Shown in pieces: positions 1 through 13,798 of a stretch of 64,000 nucleotides of DNA. The stretch covers positions 3,170,954-3,234,953 of the forward strand of contig CM120644.1 of the NCBI GenBank assembly GCA_051362555.1. Reading direction: 5' to 3'. The stretch is from Lingula anatina. Lineage: Eukaryota; Animalia; Brachiopoda. A program made the position numbers and the translations under genes. Positions within the stretch are counted from its first letter, which is position 1. Each line of letters opens with the position of its first letter. The notes under the pieces are model-generated. The model was given only the letters and a program-made list of their open reading frames with translations. It searched no databases and was not told where the DNA came from.

Positions 1-500
1 TATTATATTATTTCTCTGTTCCAGGGTGAGGTACAGAGAGCTCCAGTATCTGGTAACCTGTATATATTATATTATTTCTCTGTTCCAGGGTGAGGTACAG
101 AGAGCTCCAGTATCTGGTAACCTGTATATATTATATTATTTCTATGTTCCAGGGTGAGGTACAGAGAGCTCCAGTATCTGGTAACCTGTATATATTATAT
201 TATTTCTCTGTTCCAGGGTGAGGTACAGAGAGCTCCAGTATCTGGTAACCTGTATATATTATATTATTTCTCTGTTCCAGGGTGAGGTACAGAGAGCTCC
301 AGTATCTGGTAACCTGTATATATTATATTATTTCTCTGTTCCAGGGTGAGGTACAGAGAGCTCCAGTATCTGGTAATCTGTATATATTATATTATTTCTG
401 TCTTGCAGGGTGAGCTACAGAGGGCATTAGTATCTGGTAACCTGTATATATTATATTATTTCTCTCTTTCAGGGTGAGGTACAGAGAGCTCCAGTATCTG
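1..500 (+). repeat. 64-bp tandem array (7 full copies plus the real junction) of an integrin intron 3' end and the first ~33 nt of the exon
   Basis: Unit TATTATATTATTTCTCTGTTCCAG|GGTGAGGTACAGAGAGCTCCAGTATCTGGTAACCTGTATA. Acceptor-like AGs end at 24, 88, 152, 216, 280, 344, 408 and 472; only the last continues into the coding exon. The array may extend left of the window. Confidence 0.95.
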
Positions 501-3500
501 GTAACTTGGATTCTCCAGAAGGAGGCTTCGATGCCATCATGCAGGCCACAGTGTGCAAGGTTGGTGTACTCCCTACATTGGTATAATTGAGCTTTCAATA
601 TGTAATGCTGTATTACGATATATGATGCATGATTTCATGACTTATAACAGCAACCAAATGTGATAATGCAGTTTTAATGACCCACTTTCATCTCTGGTAA
701 ATTACATGGTCTAATGCATGTGCACGCTGTCTACAAGCTCATGGTCCAGTTTTACCTGTAAGTTGTCTTGATATTAAAGCATGTTGTATTATATCGTGTT
801 CTAGGAGCAGATCGGGTGGAGAGACCAGTCCAGGAAGATGTTGTTGTTTTCTACAGATGCTACCTTCCACTATGCTGGGGATGGAAAGGTATTATGGACG
901 TTCTTGTATTGGGGATATTTTTGGTTATTATGTTACAGGTCTTTAAAATGTTGTGTGACATCTTAAATTCTTTGGATTCTGTGTTATGAAAATGTGTGTT
1001 ACTGGATGGAAATTAACAAATTAAATGACTATGAATATTATTGTGCACCATTCAAGTTGAGAGAAAGAAAATCTGGTACCTCCTTACTGCTTACTGCTAA
1101 ATATTATGACTGACTTAACTTAGTGAACAGAGTGTGCCATCTACAGTGGAAAACAGCCTGTTCTCTCAGTATGTTCAGTCTTTTTTAGCCAAAAAAAGTG
1201 TCAGATAATATTTCTTGCAACAAGTGAAATGTTTTTGTTTTAGAAAGATTTACATTTATTTTACAAATTTTAGAAAAGTTACATAATCTTGAAAGGTTGC
1301 TTCCAGTGCCCGAGATTGAAATAGATTAAGATTCTGATTTAGTGGTTATAAGTTGTTTTAATGTGTGTTTTAAGAGGTCTATTTCTCCGTATTCCAGCTA
1401 GGAGGTATTGTCACCCCCAATGATGGCCAGTGTCACCTTGATGGCACGGGGACATACACTCACAGCACTCTCTTGGTAAGACACAGCTTTGATACTGATT
1501 TTGAAGTTGAAACCTTGTTAGAATAATTGCCAGTTTTGCCAATTACATCTCAGTGGAGAGCAATCAGACAAAGCTGCAACAAAAGTTGGCTCTTGGAATT
1601 ATCATTCACAATTACCCTTATCCAGTTATTGTCACAGTGACTGCAATAACTGTTAAGCTAAGTTGCCATTTTGCTTTTCATGTTTGTTAACCATGTCACG
1701 CGACATTTCTAGGATTACCCATCCATCAGTCAGATACGCAGCAAGCTATCAGAGAACAAGATGAACCTGATATTTGCCGTCACAGCTGAGCAGAAAGCAA
1801 TCTACGAAAAACTAAGTGATCTCATTGAGGGTTCCAGCACAGGAGAACTGGCGGATGATTCCAGCAATATTGTGGATCTTATTCAGCGGAATTATGATGT
1901 AAGATAATTTACTTTTATTATTCTATTTTATTACTTTGCTTGGCCTTATGCTGCTATGAATAATGCTTGCTGGTGAGTTTTCCAGAAAAATAATTTCAGT
2001 TCTCTTACACATTAAGCTACTGTAATAGTTTCTTCAAAGCAACAGAATTTCTATATTTTTGTGTCTCTAAATGCTTTTATCATCAGCCTCAGGTAATGGT
2101 TACAGTTGGTATTCCAGCCTTTTTTGTCTGAAGTGGAATAGTTCTTGTTTTGAAGAAACTACTCTTTGATTAGCAACTATGTTTATATCATAACTGATAA
2201 GATTCTTTATTGATCTAAGTTTAAATATTTGCAATATAGCTAACACTAAATTAAATGCTTTTCACTGTTGCTAAGGTTTTACTATTGAAAAGGGACATAC
2301 GTTTAAAAGGCTAACATAAATAATAAAAAATTAGACCTTAATATAAAGAACTGCATTCATTTTAAAGTGGAAAAGGACAATGGATTTTAAAAGGTGAGAT
2401 AGACAATGCAGATAATGTCTAGCATTCTTGATCTCATGGTATTCTATTTTATATTTGAATGTTTCAGCTGATTACTTCCAAGCTAGAGTTGGTGGCCAGT
2501 AGTATGGAGAATATATCTGTCAGCTTCAGGTCCAAATGTCAGGGGTGGGTAACAGTTTAAAATGGGGTACTTAAATACAGGGTGACCCCAAGTTATGGAC
2601 TTTCAAGACACAAATAATGTAACTTTATGTCAAATTTCAGGGGTGGGTAGCAGTTTAAAATGTACTTAAATACAGGGTGACCCCAAGTTTTGTACTTTCA
2701 AGATGCAAATAATGTAACTTTATGTCAAATTTCAGGGGTGGGTAGCATTTTAAAATGGGATACTTTGATACAGGGTGACCCCAAGTTATGGACATAACAT
2801 TTTTATGTACAGACACAGATGTGTCTGTACATATTGCCATCACCTGCGTCTGTCGTCGCCGTCGCCGTCACCGTCGCCGTGCACTTTCAGCGTTAACACC
2901 ATAAGTGGAAGACAGTTTTACTTTTTGGCTTTATATTGACAGAGCTGATGAATATTCATAAAACACAGGTCAAATTCGAAAATCAGCATGATCGGGCCAT
3001 TATTGTAGAATTTATGCTGTTTTTTCACTTTTCAGCATATATGCAACACTGTTAACACATTTCAAGGAAAACTCATAGGCCTGTTGTCATGAAACTCACA
3101 GGAGTAATCAATCTTACTAAAACGCAGGTCAAGTTCGAAAATCGGCATGATCGGGCCACTATTTTAGTAGTTATGCTGTTTTTTCACTTTTCAGCATATA
3201 TGCAACACTGTTAACACATTTCAAGGAAAACCCATAGGCCTGTTGTCGTGAAACTCACAGGAGTAATCAATCTTACTAAAACGCAGGTCAAGTTCGAAAA
3301 TCAGCATAATCGGACCATTATTTTATAAGTTATGCTGTTTTTTCACATTTCCTCAGATTCAATTCTTAGGCATGTTAACAGTCTCATTATTTAATTAATA
3401 AGATAAGTAAAAGTGTTTGTTTGACATTTCCTGCATCTTTACAACATTGTTAGTTGATTTTGTAAAAATGATGGTAAACTTGTTATCGTGTATTGTGTAA

Positions 3501-6500
3501 TAAAGTTTCAAAAATGGAAATAAACTCATATCATTGCAGTTTGTAAGATTCAATCATTCACTATGTTCAGAAACTCAGAATGGAGGAAATTGGACATTTG
3601 ACACTGTTCTATTGATATTTTTCACATCTCATCAATTTTCTTTGTTGATCATATAAAAATGGCAGTAAACTGTTAATTTTGTTTTATGTTAAAAAAGTGT
3701 TAAAAATGGAAAAAAAAACATTTCAGAACAGTGCTGTCTTGTTTACATTTTGGCATTTTCAAGTTGTGACTTTGAAGTTCCATGGGCCTGAAGACCTTTG
3801 CTAGTCACTTTTTCTGAATATCCATAATACTAATATTTTATTATTAAAAATTGATGGTCATTATGCTGTTAAACGTTATGTAATATTGCATCAAAATTTG
3901 GTAAAAAATATTTTGGGCACTGCTCCTATGATGACCATTTAAGAAAAATCATGTCACTTACTGTTCTCAAACTTACAGGAAAGAAACATGGGACTAAAAT
4001 ACAGCTTCAGTAGGCAATGCAGTCTGTTTGGTAATTCTTTCTGCTAGTTAAACAGTTTTTTTGTGAAAATTTAATTTTTCACATATTGGCATTTTCAAGG
4101 TGTGACTTTGAAGTTCCATGGGCTTGAAGACCCATGCTTGTCACATTTTCTGAAAATCCATGATACGTATATTTTATTATTAAAAATTGACGGTCATTAT
4201 GCTGTTTACCACGATGTAATATTGCATCAGAATAGAAGAAAACACAATTTTGGGTGCTGCTGCCATGATGACCATTATGGGAAAACCATGTTACTGATGA
4301 TTGCCAAACGTTCAGAAAAGAAATACAGGACTAAAATGCAGCCTGAGTTGGAAAAGCAGTCTAATTGGCTTCTTTTTCTGGAAGTTATACATTTTCAAAA
4401 TGTGAACTTGAACTGCCATGGGCCTGAAGCCTTATGCTTGTTACACATTTTACTTACATTGGTATTACCTGTTGAGCATAATTAAAATTTGATGTTGAAT
4501 TTGCAGTTTAACATAATGTACTTTTGCATCAGAATTGACAGTAGCCTATTTTGTGCATAGTTATTTCCTGCTTTTTGTCTGTACATTTGACAGCTTTGCT
4601 GCCTTGTTGACATTTATAAGATCCCAGTGTGGGTATCAGTTAGGCTGCTATAGGGTGACCCCCAAGTTACCAACATTGGATTTTTGACTTTTCAAAGATC
4701 TGAGGGTGGGAATAATTTGTGTTGAGCTAGGGTGAGCCCAAGATATGAACTTTCAAGATGCAAATTACGTAACCTTTTGTCAATTTGTTAACAATATCAG
4801 CTCATAATGTTAGGGGTAGGGCAACAGAGTAAAATCTGCTGAGAAAGATTTTAAGACATGGAAATTCAGATGTTTCTCCTTCACTTAAATTTAATGGTAA
4901 ACTGATGTCTTCTTCATTATTTGCCCTCAGTTAGTTAATTTTGTAATCAATAAAAAAGATGAATATTAGAGAGGACTTGTATAAATTTAATTTGTACAGT
5001 AATTTGAAAGTATAAATATTATACCTAGTAATGGACAATGTTTTTTGTAACTTTATTTCAGAAACATAACCAGGGACACTTCTTCCTGTGATGGTATGAA
5101 AATTGGAGATGAAGTAAGGGAAAAAAATCATGATCAACAATATATGAAATGTTATAAAATCAATATTATACAAATCAAAGATTTTGAGCATGTTGAAAGA
5201 ATGCACATCCTTGTTTTAATTTCTCAAAAATATCATGGAAGCAATAAAATTCACAGAATAAATTTCGGCAAAACCATCTAGTACGTGGTATTTCCTCTTT
5301 GTGTTGAGTCTGACTGTGTGTCTCTGTAGTTAAAGAGGATATATGTTTAACACAGTGTCACTCGATTGACTGAAATGTATGGAAACAAATGTTGCCAATA
5401 TTTGTTGAATTTTGTGCATTTGTTTATAAAAAGCACATCAGAAAATATAAAATAGGTGCACGTACAGATGACTATTGATAAATACAATTGGATGATTCAA
5501 AAATTAAAATCTAATTGTACATTTCCTTGTTAAAATTTCTATGTACCTATGACAGTCCCTTAATGTCAACATTTATCTTGTAGGTAACATTCGAGGTCAC
5601 AGTAGAGGTCAAGTCTTGTCCCACTGACCGCCAGCAGAGAGTGAGGAACATCACCATCTCTCCCATAGGTTTGACTGACCAGTTAACTCTCCAGATTGAC
5701 CTCATTTGCGAGTGTGACTGTGAGAAAACAGCCAACGAGGTGAGTCTGTGCTGCAGGAGGAGACAGGCAGGAGAATTTAGTGGTGCTCTCTGTGGTAGTC
5801 CTAACGTCACTTTGCTGGTGATTTTGTAGTGTTACAGATGTCCATTTGTGCCAGTTAGACCATAGAGATGAAAGTCTCAGATTTATCTGGGAATTCTGAT
5901 TTTTAGGCGTTTTATTTTTGCCCTCAAAATCACCCATGTAGAACAGCAGGTCTTTGGTACCAACATTTTCAGGGTATTTTTTGAAACCTTCACTTTCATT
6001 TCTGAGATCATTTATTAGTTTTTCTATTTTATTTCACTGCTGCATAAGAAAGAGACAGGGGTAAGATTCAAATTGAGAATGAATTGAATATTATGAACTT
6101 ATGATAGTATTGGGCCAAGGGGGTTACAGTACAGTTGTATTTCTGAGTAGTCACATTTTGTAAATTAATTCAATTGCTTTCCTATGTATCTGCTTTGAGG
6201 AACAACATTTCTGGAAGCTTGTGGCCAAGAGGACCAGTTGTATAAATTTTTTTGGCTTAAAAGTTTTTGTTCCTATAAATTGATTTTTTTCTGCCAACAG
6301 AAAAGAAATGCATCAGAGTGCTCGTACCATGGGACCTTAGAATGTGGCATGTGCACGTGTGATGAAAAACGCTACGGAAAATTCTGTGAATGTGACGGCA
6401 CCAATCTCCAGAGTGAGGATTATGATGCTGCTTGTAAAATGTGAGTTTTTTGTCATTGAGTAAAGTTTAAAAGATCCAGAAAGAGAATGGGCAGTGTTTC

Positions 6501-9500
6501 CGTGCTATAATGTGCTCTTGTATTTTTTTTTTCCATTTTTCTCCATCTCAAGACTTACTAATTAACGCGTTCTACTGAATTTTATTGTTAATGATTTCTG
6601 TTGCTTTGACATGTAATTTTGTACTTCAGGACCAATGATTCCCTCACCTGCTCTGGTCGTGGAGAGTGTCTGTGTGGGAAGTGCTATTGTAGCGCAAGGA
6701 CCAGAGGATCCCAGCAGAAATTCAGCGGCACGTTCTGTGAATGCTACGACTATGACTGCCCGCGACACAACAAGGAGTTGTGTGGAGGTAAGGGCATATT
6801 TTCTTGATTTTAATTATCCCCTTCTTATGTTACTTAAACTTTGATATATTTTATTTCGATAGAAGAAAATGAAATTAAAATAATACAATATGTTAACTCG
6901 GCATAGTTTGCTGTGAAGTTGAAGTGGAATAAAAAATACAAAATAGAACTAGATGATAATATAATAACTAGCTATAGGTTCCTTGATGCATTTTCATACA
7001 GTTTTCAGTTGCAAGAAATTATTATGATGAAACAATAAATGCAATGATAATGATAATAATAATTATAATAGATAATAAATGGCAATTAAATATCAGAGTT
7101 ATAATTATATTTTTGATAAATTCTGACATGAATATTTTGTACCTCCAGGTCGCGGGACGTGTAACTGTGGTCAGTGTATTTGCTCCCAGGGTTACAATGG
7201 GTCAGCCTGTGAGTGTCCAACCAGTCAGGACAGCTGTAAGGCCTCCAATGGGGTACGTCCAGCAGCCGTGTGCTTTCAGAATCGTCCTTTTTTCACATTG
7301 GAGAAAATCAGCTCTAGTTTGTAATGCTATAATTATCATGACTAGTGATAAATAAATAAATATCTTGTTTTACATGTTACAACACTTACATGCCAACTCA
7401 CAAACAAACACACACACACACACACACACATTATAACAAACATAGATGTATACATGCATGCGCAAACGGACACACACACATATACTGCATATATATGAGT
7501 ATTGCTGTTGAATAAAATTGAAATTGAATAAGAAAGTTGATTGATTTTTTCAGGAGCTGTGCAATGGCCGTGGAAGGTGTGAATGTGGCAAATGCAAATG
7601 TGATCTGGAGTCATTTTACAGAGGACCTACTTGTGAAGATTGTCCTGTGAGTAGTGCATCTTTCTGTCACATGTGAAACAATGTCACACAAGACACAGTG
7701 TCATATCTCGCCTCTCAGGCTTACGTCAGAAACAGTTGTTTTTTGGGCAGAAAAGTTTGTAAGTGCATTACATGTATCAGCTGTCATAAAACAAATTAGC
7801 TCTTGATATATGAAGATAATAAAACGCTTGCTTGGCCTGAAATCTCCACAACTGAACTCAAAACTGTTTTAATAAAACATCATAAAACACCTGCCTTTTG
7901 CTTGATTTGCCAGCTGTAACATTATCATAATGTTTCTCTCACCTCCAGACTTGCACGGGGAAGTGTAATGACAACAAGGCATGTGTTCAGTGCCGAGCGT
8001 TTGAGTCGGGACCTCTGTCTCAAGAGGAGTGTAAGGCCAAGTGCCCTGAGATTACCATGCAGGATAATGTGGAAGGTGGGTTTATTGTGTTGAGATATCT
8101 GGAAAATATTTAATGTTTTTGGCTACCCCCTAAGCCCCTGCAACACTACAGGAATGAGAGGATTTAAGATTTCTGACTTTTTGGGAGTTGGAAATGCTGC
8201 GCCCTGACTTTTTCACTAAATAGCAGTCTCTTCCCCGAACACCAGTTCTGAATTTTGGGTCTCCTCTCTCAAATATTTAACAAAAGAAAAGGTTGCCATA
8301 TTTAAAGTTGAATAACACCGATTTGTGAATCTGATGTTGACTACCAAATATTTAGATGTATGTTATTATATTATCATTATTACTGTAAGAGTCTAGTTTT
8401 CTGCAGGTGTAGCTTTGAATGGGCAGTGGCTACAGAAATTTAAAATTTTTTCACAAATTTTCCTATTAAAACCAATGCTTTAGATAAGTTTTCTTGTGGT
8501 TATGTACCAGTGTGTCTTATTACAGAAACGGCAGAGGCCAAACTTTGCCAGTTTAAGGATGACGATGACTGCCAGTTTTTCTTCACCTACGAATACGACG
8601 CCAACAACCAAGTCATCATCAAGGCCCAGAATACTAAAGGTGAGGCTTTTCCCTCCTAATTTACCCACGCCAATGAGGAAGGTCATGTTTTCATTAGCAC
8701 CTGTTTTTCTGTTTGTAAGTGAGCAGGATATCTCAAAAAAGTTCTTCCCAGATTTTGATGAAGTAGAAAGTTTTTTCTCTAGCACTAGTGTGTAGTACTG
8801 TAATCACCTTAGCTATTTCAGTTCCCTTTTTGTCTTGGAGTGAAAAATTCCTAAAGTAGATTTCACCTTTACACTCCGACCTTTCCAAATACTGGTTCAG
8901 ACACTGTTTAATGCACTCTAAAGTACAGGTAGAGATCACCACAATTATAACACCTGTGACCTTATCTTCTAAAGGGGTCACTTTGGCCACTGAATTATTG
9001 ATGTGCAAAAACTGGTTTGAAAAAACTATCATATGATTTTGATGGAAAATGCTCCTTGTTGCCAGTGGTCTTCAGAGGTAACAGCAAAGATGGTTGACGT
9101 GGAAGTTTTTAGTAAGGTTCTGAGTATCCAGCATACTGGTGCCTGCTAGTCTGAGAGGCACCTGTTGGAGTTATGCTTGTAATCTTGGTTTAGAGAGGCA
9201 CTGGTATGATGCAGTTTGTGTTTCTTGGATAGCCAAAGATTATGCTGATTTTGTGAGAAAACAGGGTAAACAAGCATTTTTATATACATTTGAAAAAATT
9301 TATGTCAGTCCAGTATTTTAGTTGGAAAGAGTCCTTTTGTTGATCCTTTTGAAACAAAAGAAGGAAGAAAGTGCATTGCATCTTATTTTGAAATAAAGTC
9401 AGCACCTGGACAAGCATCAATTAGTTCTGGGGTGTAAGGTCATTTTGAGGGGAACAGGGTGCGAGAATCCATTTGTAAATTTTTGCTTCAAGGCCAAAAT

Positions 9501-10592
9501 TATTTTGGAAAGTTCTGGTTTGCAGAAAAGCTAAGTATTATAGACATCTACCTGGTTACTGGTCATTATGGTAACCCAATTGAATTTTGACAGTTACTGT
9601 GGAGTCTGGAATGAAAAGGGTTAGGAAGGAAGGAACTTAAAGGTTTTTTAGGAAGATACTGTACATTCTGTTTGCTGATGACCAAATGCTGAGAGGTATA
9701 GTTTGAAGTACTTTATCCCAAAGATTTACTGATGGTATAAATATGGTTTTCTCGTGTAACATTTGATAAGTGTGGTATTGGAAATGTCATATCTGTCTGC
9801 TGCTATTACTTTTATTTCAGTTCTTTTATTTTATGAATGCATTTTTTACATTGTGACAGGTGTGACAGCACAATGAAAATTATGCCAAATGCCATTACTT
9901 TTATTTCAGTGTGCCAGTCCAGGAATATTTTTTTCTTCATTAATTTGCAATGTGACAGGAAGATCTAACACACAGCATACATAACAATAGTTTTACACAC
10001 ATTTAATGCTTAGTGCCATTACTTTTATTACAGTGTGCCCTTAGCTCAGTTTTGTCCTTCTGTTGTAGTGTGTACTATATACGATTATGCTGACTGCCAT
10101 TACTTTCATATTCAGAGCATACATTGTGTACTGTATACAATTAAACTTACTGCCATTACTTTCAATTTCAGTGTGCCCCACCCCAGTGAATGTGATGTGG
10201 ATAGTGATAGGAGTGATAGCGGGTATTGTGCTGATAGGACTGGCACTGCTTCTGGTGTGGAAGGTTCTCACCACAATACACGACAGGAGAGAGTTTGCCA
10301 AGTTTGAGAAGGAGAGGTTAAATGCTCGATGGGACACGGTAAGTAATGAAGAATAAAGTGATCGCTAAGATATGGATATTTACCTAAATCAATTTAATGA
10401 CACTTTCACCTGAACTATACATATCAAGTAGGCAATCAATTTATTTTAAATAAGGTTGCAACTTGAATTTTATTGAATGAGTTTATGACCGTTGAACTGT
10501 TTCTATCTTATTTGCTTGTTTAGGGAGAAAACCCCATCTACAAACAGGCAACGTCCACATTTAAAAACCCCACATATGCTGGAAGTGGATAG
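473..10592 (+). CDS. ITGB1: Integrin beta subunit (beta1/betaPS-like), 5'-truncated by the window; 15 coding exons visible
   Basis: GT-AG exons in one continuous frame: 473-559 ([16 protein letters not shown]), 805-888 ([18 protein letters not shown]), 1398-1475, 1713-1898 (DYPS), 2468-2544, 5062-5113, 5584-5739, 6301-6440, 6630-6787, 7149-7252, 7554-7646, 7949-8075, 8526-8639, 10172-10338 (TM, then [19 protein letters not shown]), 10524-10592 ([22 protein letters not shown], two NPxY motifs). Symbol indicates family likeness, not proven orthology. Confidence 0.95.
2530..2795 (+). repeat. ~96-bp tandem repeat (3 copies) including the 5' splice donor of integrin exon 2468-2544
   Basis: CAAAT(G/T)TCAGGG|GTGGGTA...TACAGGGTGACCCCAAGTT recurs with GT at 2545, 2643 and 2738; degenerate copies resume at ~4650-4790. 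Confidence 0.85.
2800..4560 (+). mobile_element. Non-autonomous Helentron/HINE-like element with ~160-bp core repeats
   Basis: T-run start, hairpin TGTACAGACACAGATGTGTCTGTACA, (GTCGCC)n microsatellite, three ~159-bp core repeats, then a long tail closely similar to 62040-63610. Class inferred from architecture; 3' end approximate. Confidence 0.75.
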
Positions 10593-11124
10593 AACCAGGA
10601 ATACAGTGAAGTCAACGATAGAAGTCTTAAACAGCTCTATGCAATGTGGACATGTGTAATATGTATTAACAGTGGTGCTCAAGTAACAGTCCTCTCTCAC
10701 AAAAATAAACTTTTTTAATTGAATTGAATTTGGATGACCGGGCAGGACATACAGCAGCCATTGTTCAGTCATAGAATTTGTCCCCAGTAATGGGAGGTAA
10801 AGGTGGATGGTGCTAGCAAGGAGGAAGCATTCATTTTATGAAAAAAAGAACTTGGTCCTCAAAGAAGAAAAAATGCTTGAAATATGAAGTTTTTTAAAAG
10901 CCATCTTCTTGGCCTCATTTCTATAGAATCTGCACATATATTTTTGGCATATTAAAAACACCATTGTAATTGTCGTCTATACAGTGCATTACTTAGTGTC
11001 TAGCTTAATAGCCTCTGCATAATTTCTTTGCCTAATATCTATAGTCATTGCTTATATGGAACAAATCTTGTGCAATGCATTTTTAAATTTTTCTATAACT
11101 CAAAGACAATTCTGATGTACATGA

Positions 11125-11290
11125 ATTTACAGTACCCTAATAGTGGTAATCAGAATATTTACAGTACCCTAATAGTGGTAATCAGAATATTTACAGTACC
11201 CTAATAGTGGTAATCAGAATATTTACAGTACCCTAATAGTGGTAATCAGAATATTTACAGTACCCTTATAGTGGTAATCAGAATATTTAC
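11125..11290 (+). repeat. 32-bp minisatellite (5 copies) in the probable integrin 3' UTR
   Basis: ATTTACAGTACCCTAATAGTGGTAATCAGAAT at 11125, 11157, 11189, 11221 and 11253. Confidence 0.95.
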
Positions 11291-13149
11291 GTCTGTGGCA
11301 GAGCTATCAAGTAAGCTTGAATATTACAACATATGTAATATATATTACTACATATGTACAGTGCTCTCTTACTATGAAAAAAAATCCCATTTCATGGGGC
11401 ATACATATATTTTATGTATGTATATCTAGTTGTAGAGAATTTATTTATAGATATTATACTAGCCAAGTGAAAGATATTTAGTCTGTACCAAGTCTCTTGG
11501 TATATTTGAGCTATACCTGTAAAGTTGGTACATGTGTGACTTTGCTAAGAGATATACAGTATTAGTAGAGGTATTTTTGTGAGTATAATGGCCAAGGACA
11601 TAAGTTGCACAAAACAGCATAGTTATTACGCATTAAAATGAAGAAGTGTTAAGAGTTACTTGTATTTAATATCATAGCAGTATAGAGGAACAGTTCTGCC
11701 TAGTTTACGAAATGTTGCCATGGAGAATTAGTAATTGATGTGGCATTCGTAGTGAAGTGTATATTTTGAAGTAGAAAAGCTGGAGCTTTGTGACTGGTAG
11801 ATTTTCCTGATGTGATAGCTTAGAGTTGGTTGTAGCAGAATATATGAACGCTGTTGCCTGTTTCCTTTTTGAAAACACTGTGCAATTAGCCTGCATTTCA
11901 ATGTACAAATGCTTTTCTTTAAATTTGTCCAAAATTTCATATGTTTCTTACCAAATACTACCCATAGTGGGCAGTGTTCTAGGTAAAAAATAGTTAAAGA
12001 CAATTGCTCTCGTAAATTTGTATTTTTTACTTACATTTGCCAAACCCAAAGATGTTTTTTTATTGAAAACCAATCTGAATACTCATAGATACATCGATTG
12101 TATGTATTTGTATGTGTGCTTACAGCCATGTGTGCTTGATTTGGTGTGTTGTCAAGTTTTGAGTCTCTTTTTTGACTTTTTGATGTTTTTAACTTCAGTC
12201 CCCATTTTACAGTGTTCCCATTTTCAAACTGCCTTTGTACATTTTTAATTTTTTCTCCATATTTTTCTCTTGTCTCACTGTTTCAACTTAAAGTGCATTT
12301 TACGGGCATATTCTGCCTTTTTTTAAGAGTAGAGAGATGTTAGAACTTTTGTGGGCATGTGTTTAAAAAAAAAATAGCGAATGAAAATTTTATTCTTCAC
12401 TCAGCAGTAAGGTTTTTGAAATGCTTTAGGTAATGTCCAAACCAACATGCTAAACTCAAACACCTTATTGTATCAGTCAGATGGGCTTCCATATGTTCTA
12501 GCATGGTGTACATTTTTAATACCCACCCAACCACCACCCAACTCTTTTAACAATGGCATTGTTTTATGGAGTATACCATTTATCAAGATTTTCAATAAAA
12601 CTTATTTGTGTCAAAATTTATCTTTTGACATGCTTTTCCAAGTTTTGCAGGTTTTAATAGAGGCGAGTTGAAATGTATGGTCTCTCTAAAATAATTGTTT
12701 TATTACACGTGGTGCTGTGTCAAATATAATTCATTCAGGTCATGTGACCAAAATAATTCACAATATTTCCCAAATTATGAGAGAACAATTCTTATAAATT
12801 AGAGCTAGATGTGACGCCGCTACAATATTGACAGTGGACCTGAGTTAATTTTTTCTAGTGACTGCATGCATTTTGCACTGTAATGTCGGTAATAAAGAAA
12901 TCGTTCAGGTATGGCTAATTAAATCCATGAAAGATGCGCGTACGGAATAGGCTAATTCGATGGCGATTGGGTGTTTTCTCTGTCTTTTTATATAGCAAGT
13001 CCAAATGGCAATGAGCTATACATAAAACACATGATGGAGTACAGGTATGTATGGAGGTAATGGATATTCCAGACATTTACAACAGGTGCGAGATGTCAGA
13101 GCAGAGCTGCACCCTGAGGTTCACAGCCTTGAATTCACACAGTTCTTTC

Positions 13150-13372
13150 AAGGATGTTTTTTTTCACTTCCGGTTGTCTGTTCGTTTGTTTATTCATCAC
13201 CAGCTTAACTTAAAGATTATGGCTGCATTTTGATGAAATTTTCACGTTGAGTCAGAAATGCGCTAACTTCACAATGATTAGATTTTGGTGATGATCTATT
13301 TGTTACTGTTAATGTTTAATAAATTATATGTCTTGGCGGAGGCATGCGCTATTTGGGTGCTTTTCTAGTTCT
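13150..13372 (+). mobile_element. Degenerate short HINE/DINE-like element
   Basis: GTCTGTTCGTTTGTTT microsatellite-like stretch, TTTTGATGAAATTTT core and 3' motif CTTGGCGGAGGCATGCGCT...GTGCTTTTCTAGTT; the same end motif recurs at ~27143-27182. Confidence 0.5.
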
Positions 13373-13478
13373 TTTTGTTTAATGAAATATGGTATTTCTA
13401 AACGTTAAAGTGTGGGATGCATGGTTGGCACAAAACCCTGAGTAGCCAGGTATTAACATGAACGTCTTTTATTGGGAT

Positions 13479-13798
13479 TGTTACGAATAAGCAAACTTCT
13501 TTAGTCTTTTTCACATCTATTTTATTTGCTTGTCATTGAAATTGTCACGTAGAAACTGAAATGAACAAAATACATCAAATTAAGAAATTATCCTTAAATT
13601 ATGTTACAATTACAACTTATAAAGTTCTTATTAACTGTTTAAATTACTAAATGATTCATAAAGTCTTACCTCATTGCGGGAATTAGTGACTTTTAATGAT
13701 CAGAACATAACTAACTATAAGCGCGTGCTCTAGTCAAAAAAGTAAAACGCTATCTCCACCGATGTGCATAACAGCTAAGACGGGCCAAAACCTTAACA
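13479..13798 (-). repeat. 3' LTR of the BEL/Pao element
   Basis: 320 bp, termini TGTTA...TAACA, no differences from 19324-19643 seen by eye. Confidence 0.97.

Noticed and set aside
1-472. CRISPR-like array
   Set aside because: Whole 64-bp units repeat with no unique spacers; the context is a eukaryotic intron.
4102-4485. 127-aa ORF with a paralog at 62859-63248
   Set aside because: Both lie in the shared tail of a repeat element, diverge in frame at their ends and have no recognisable domain.
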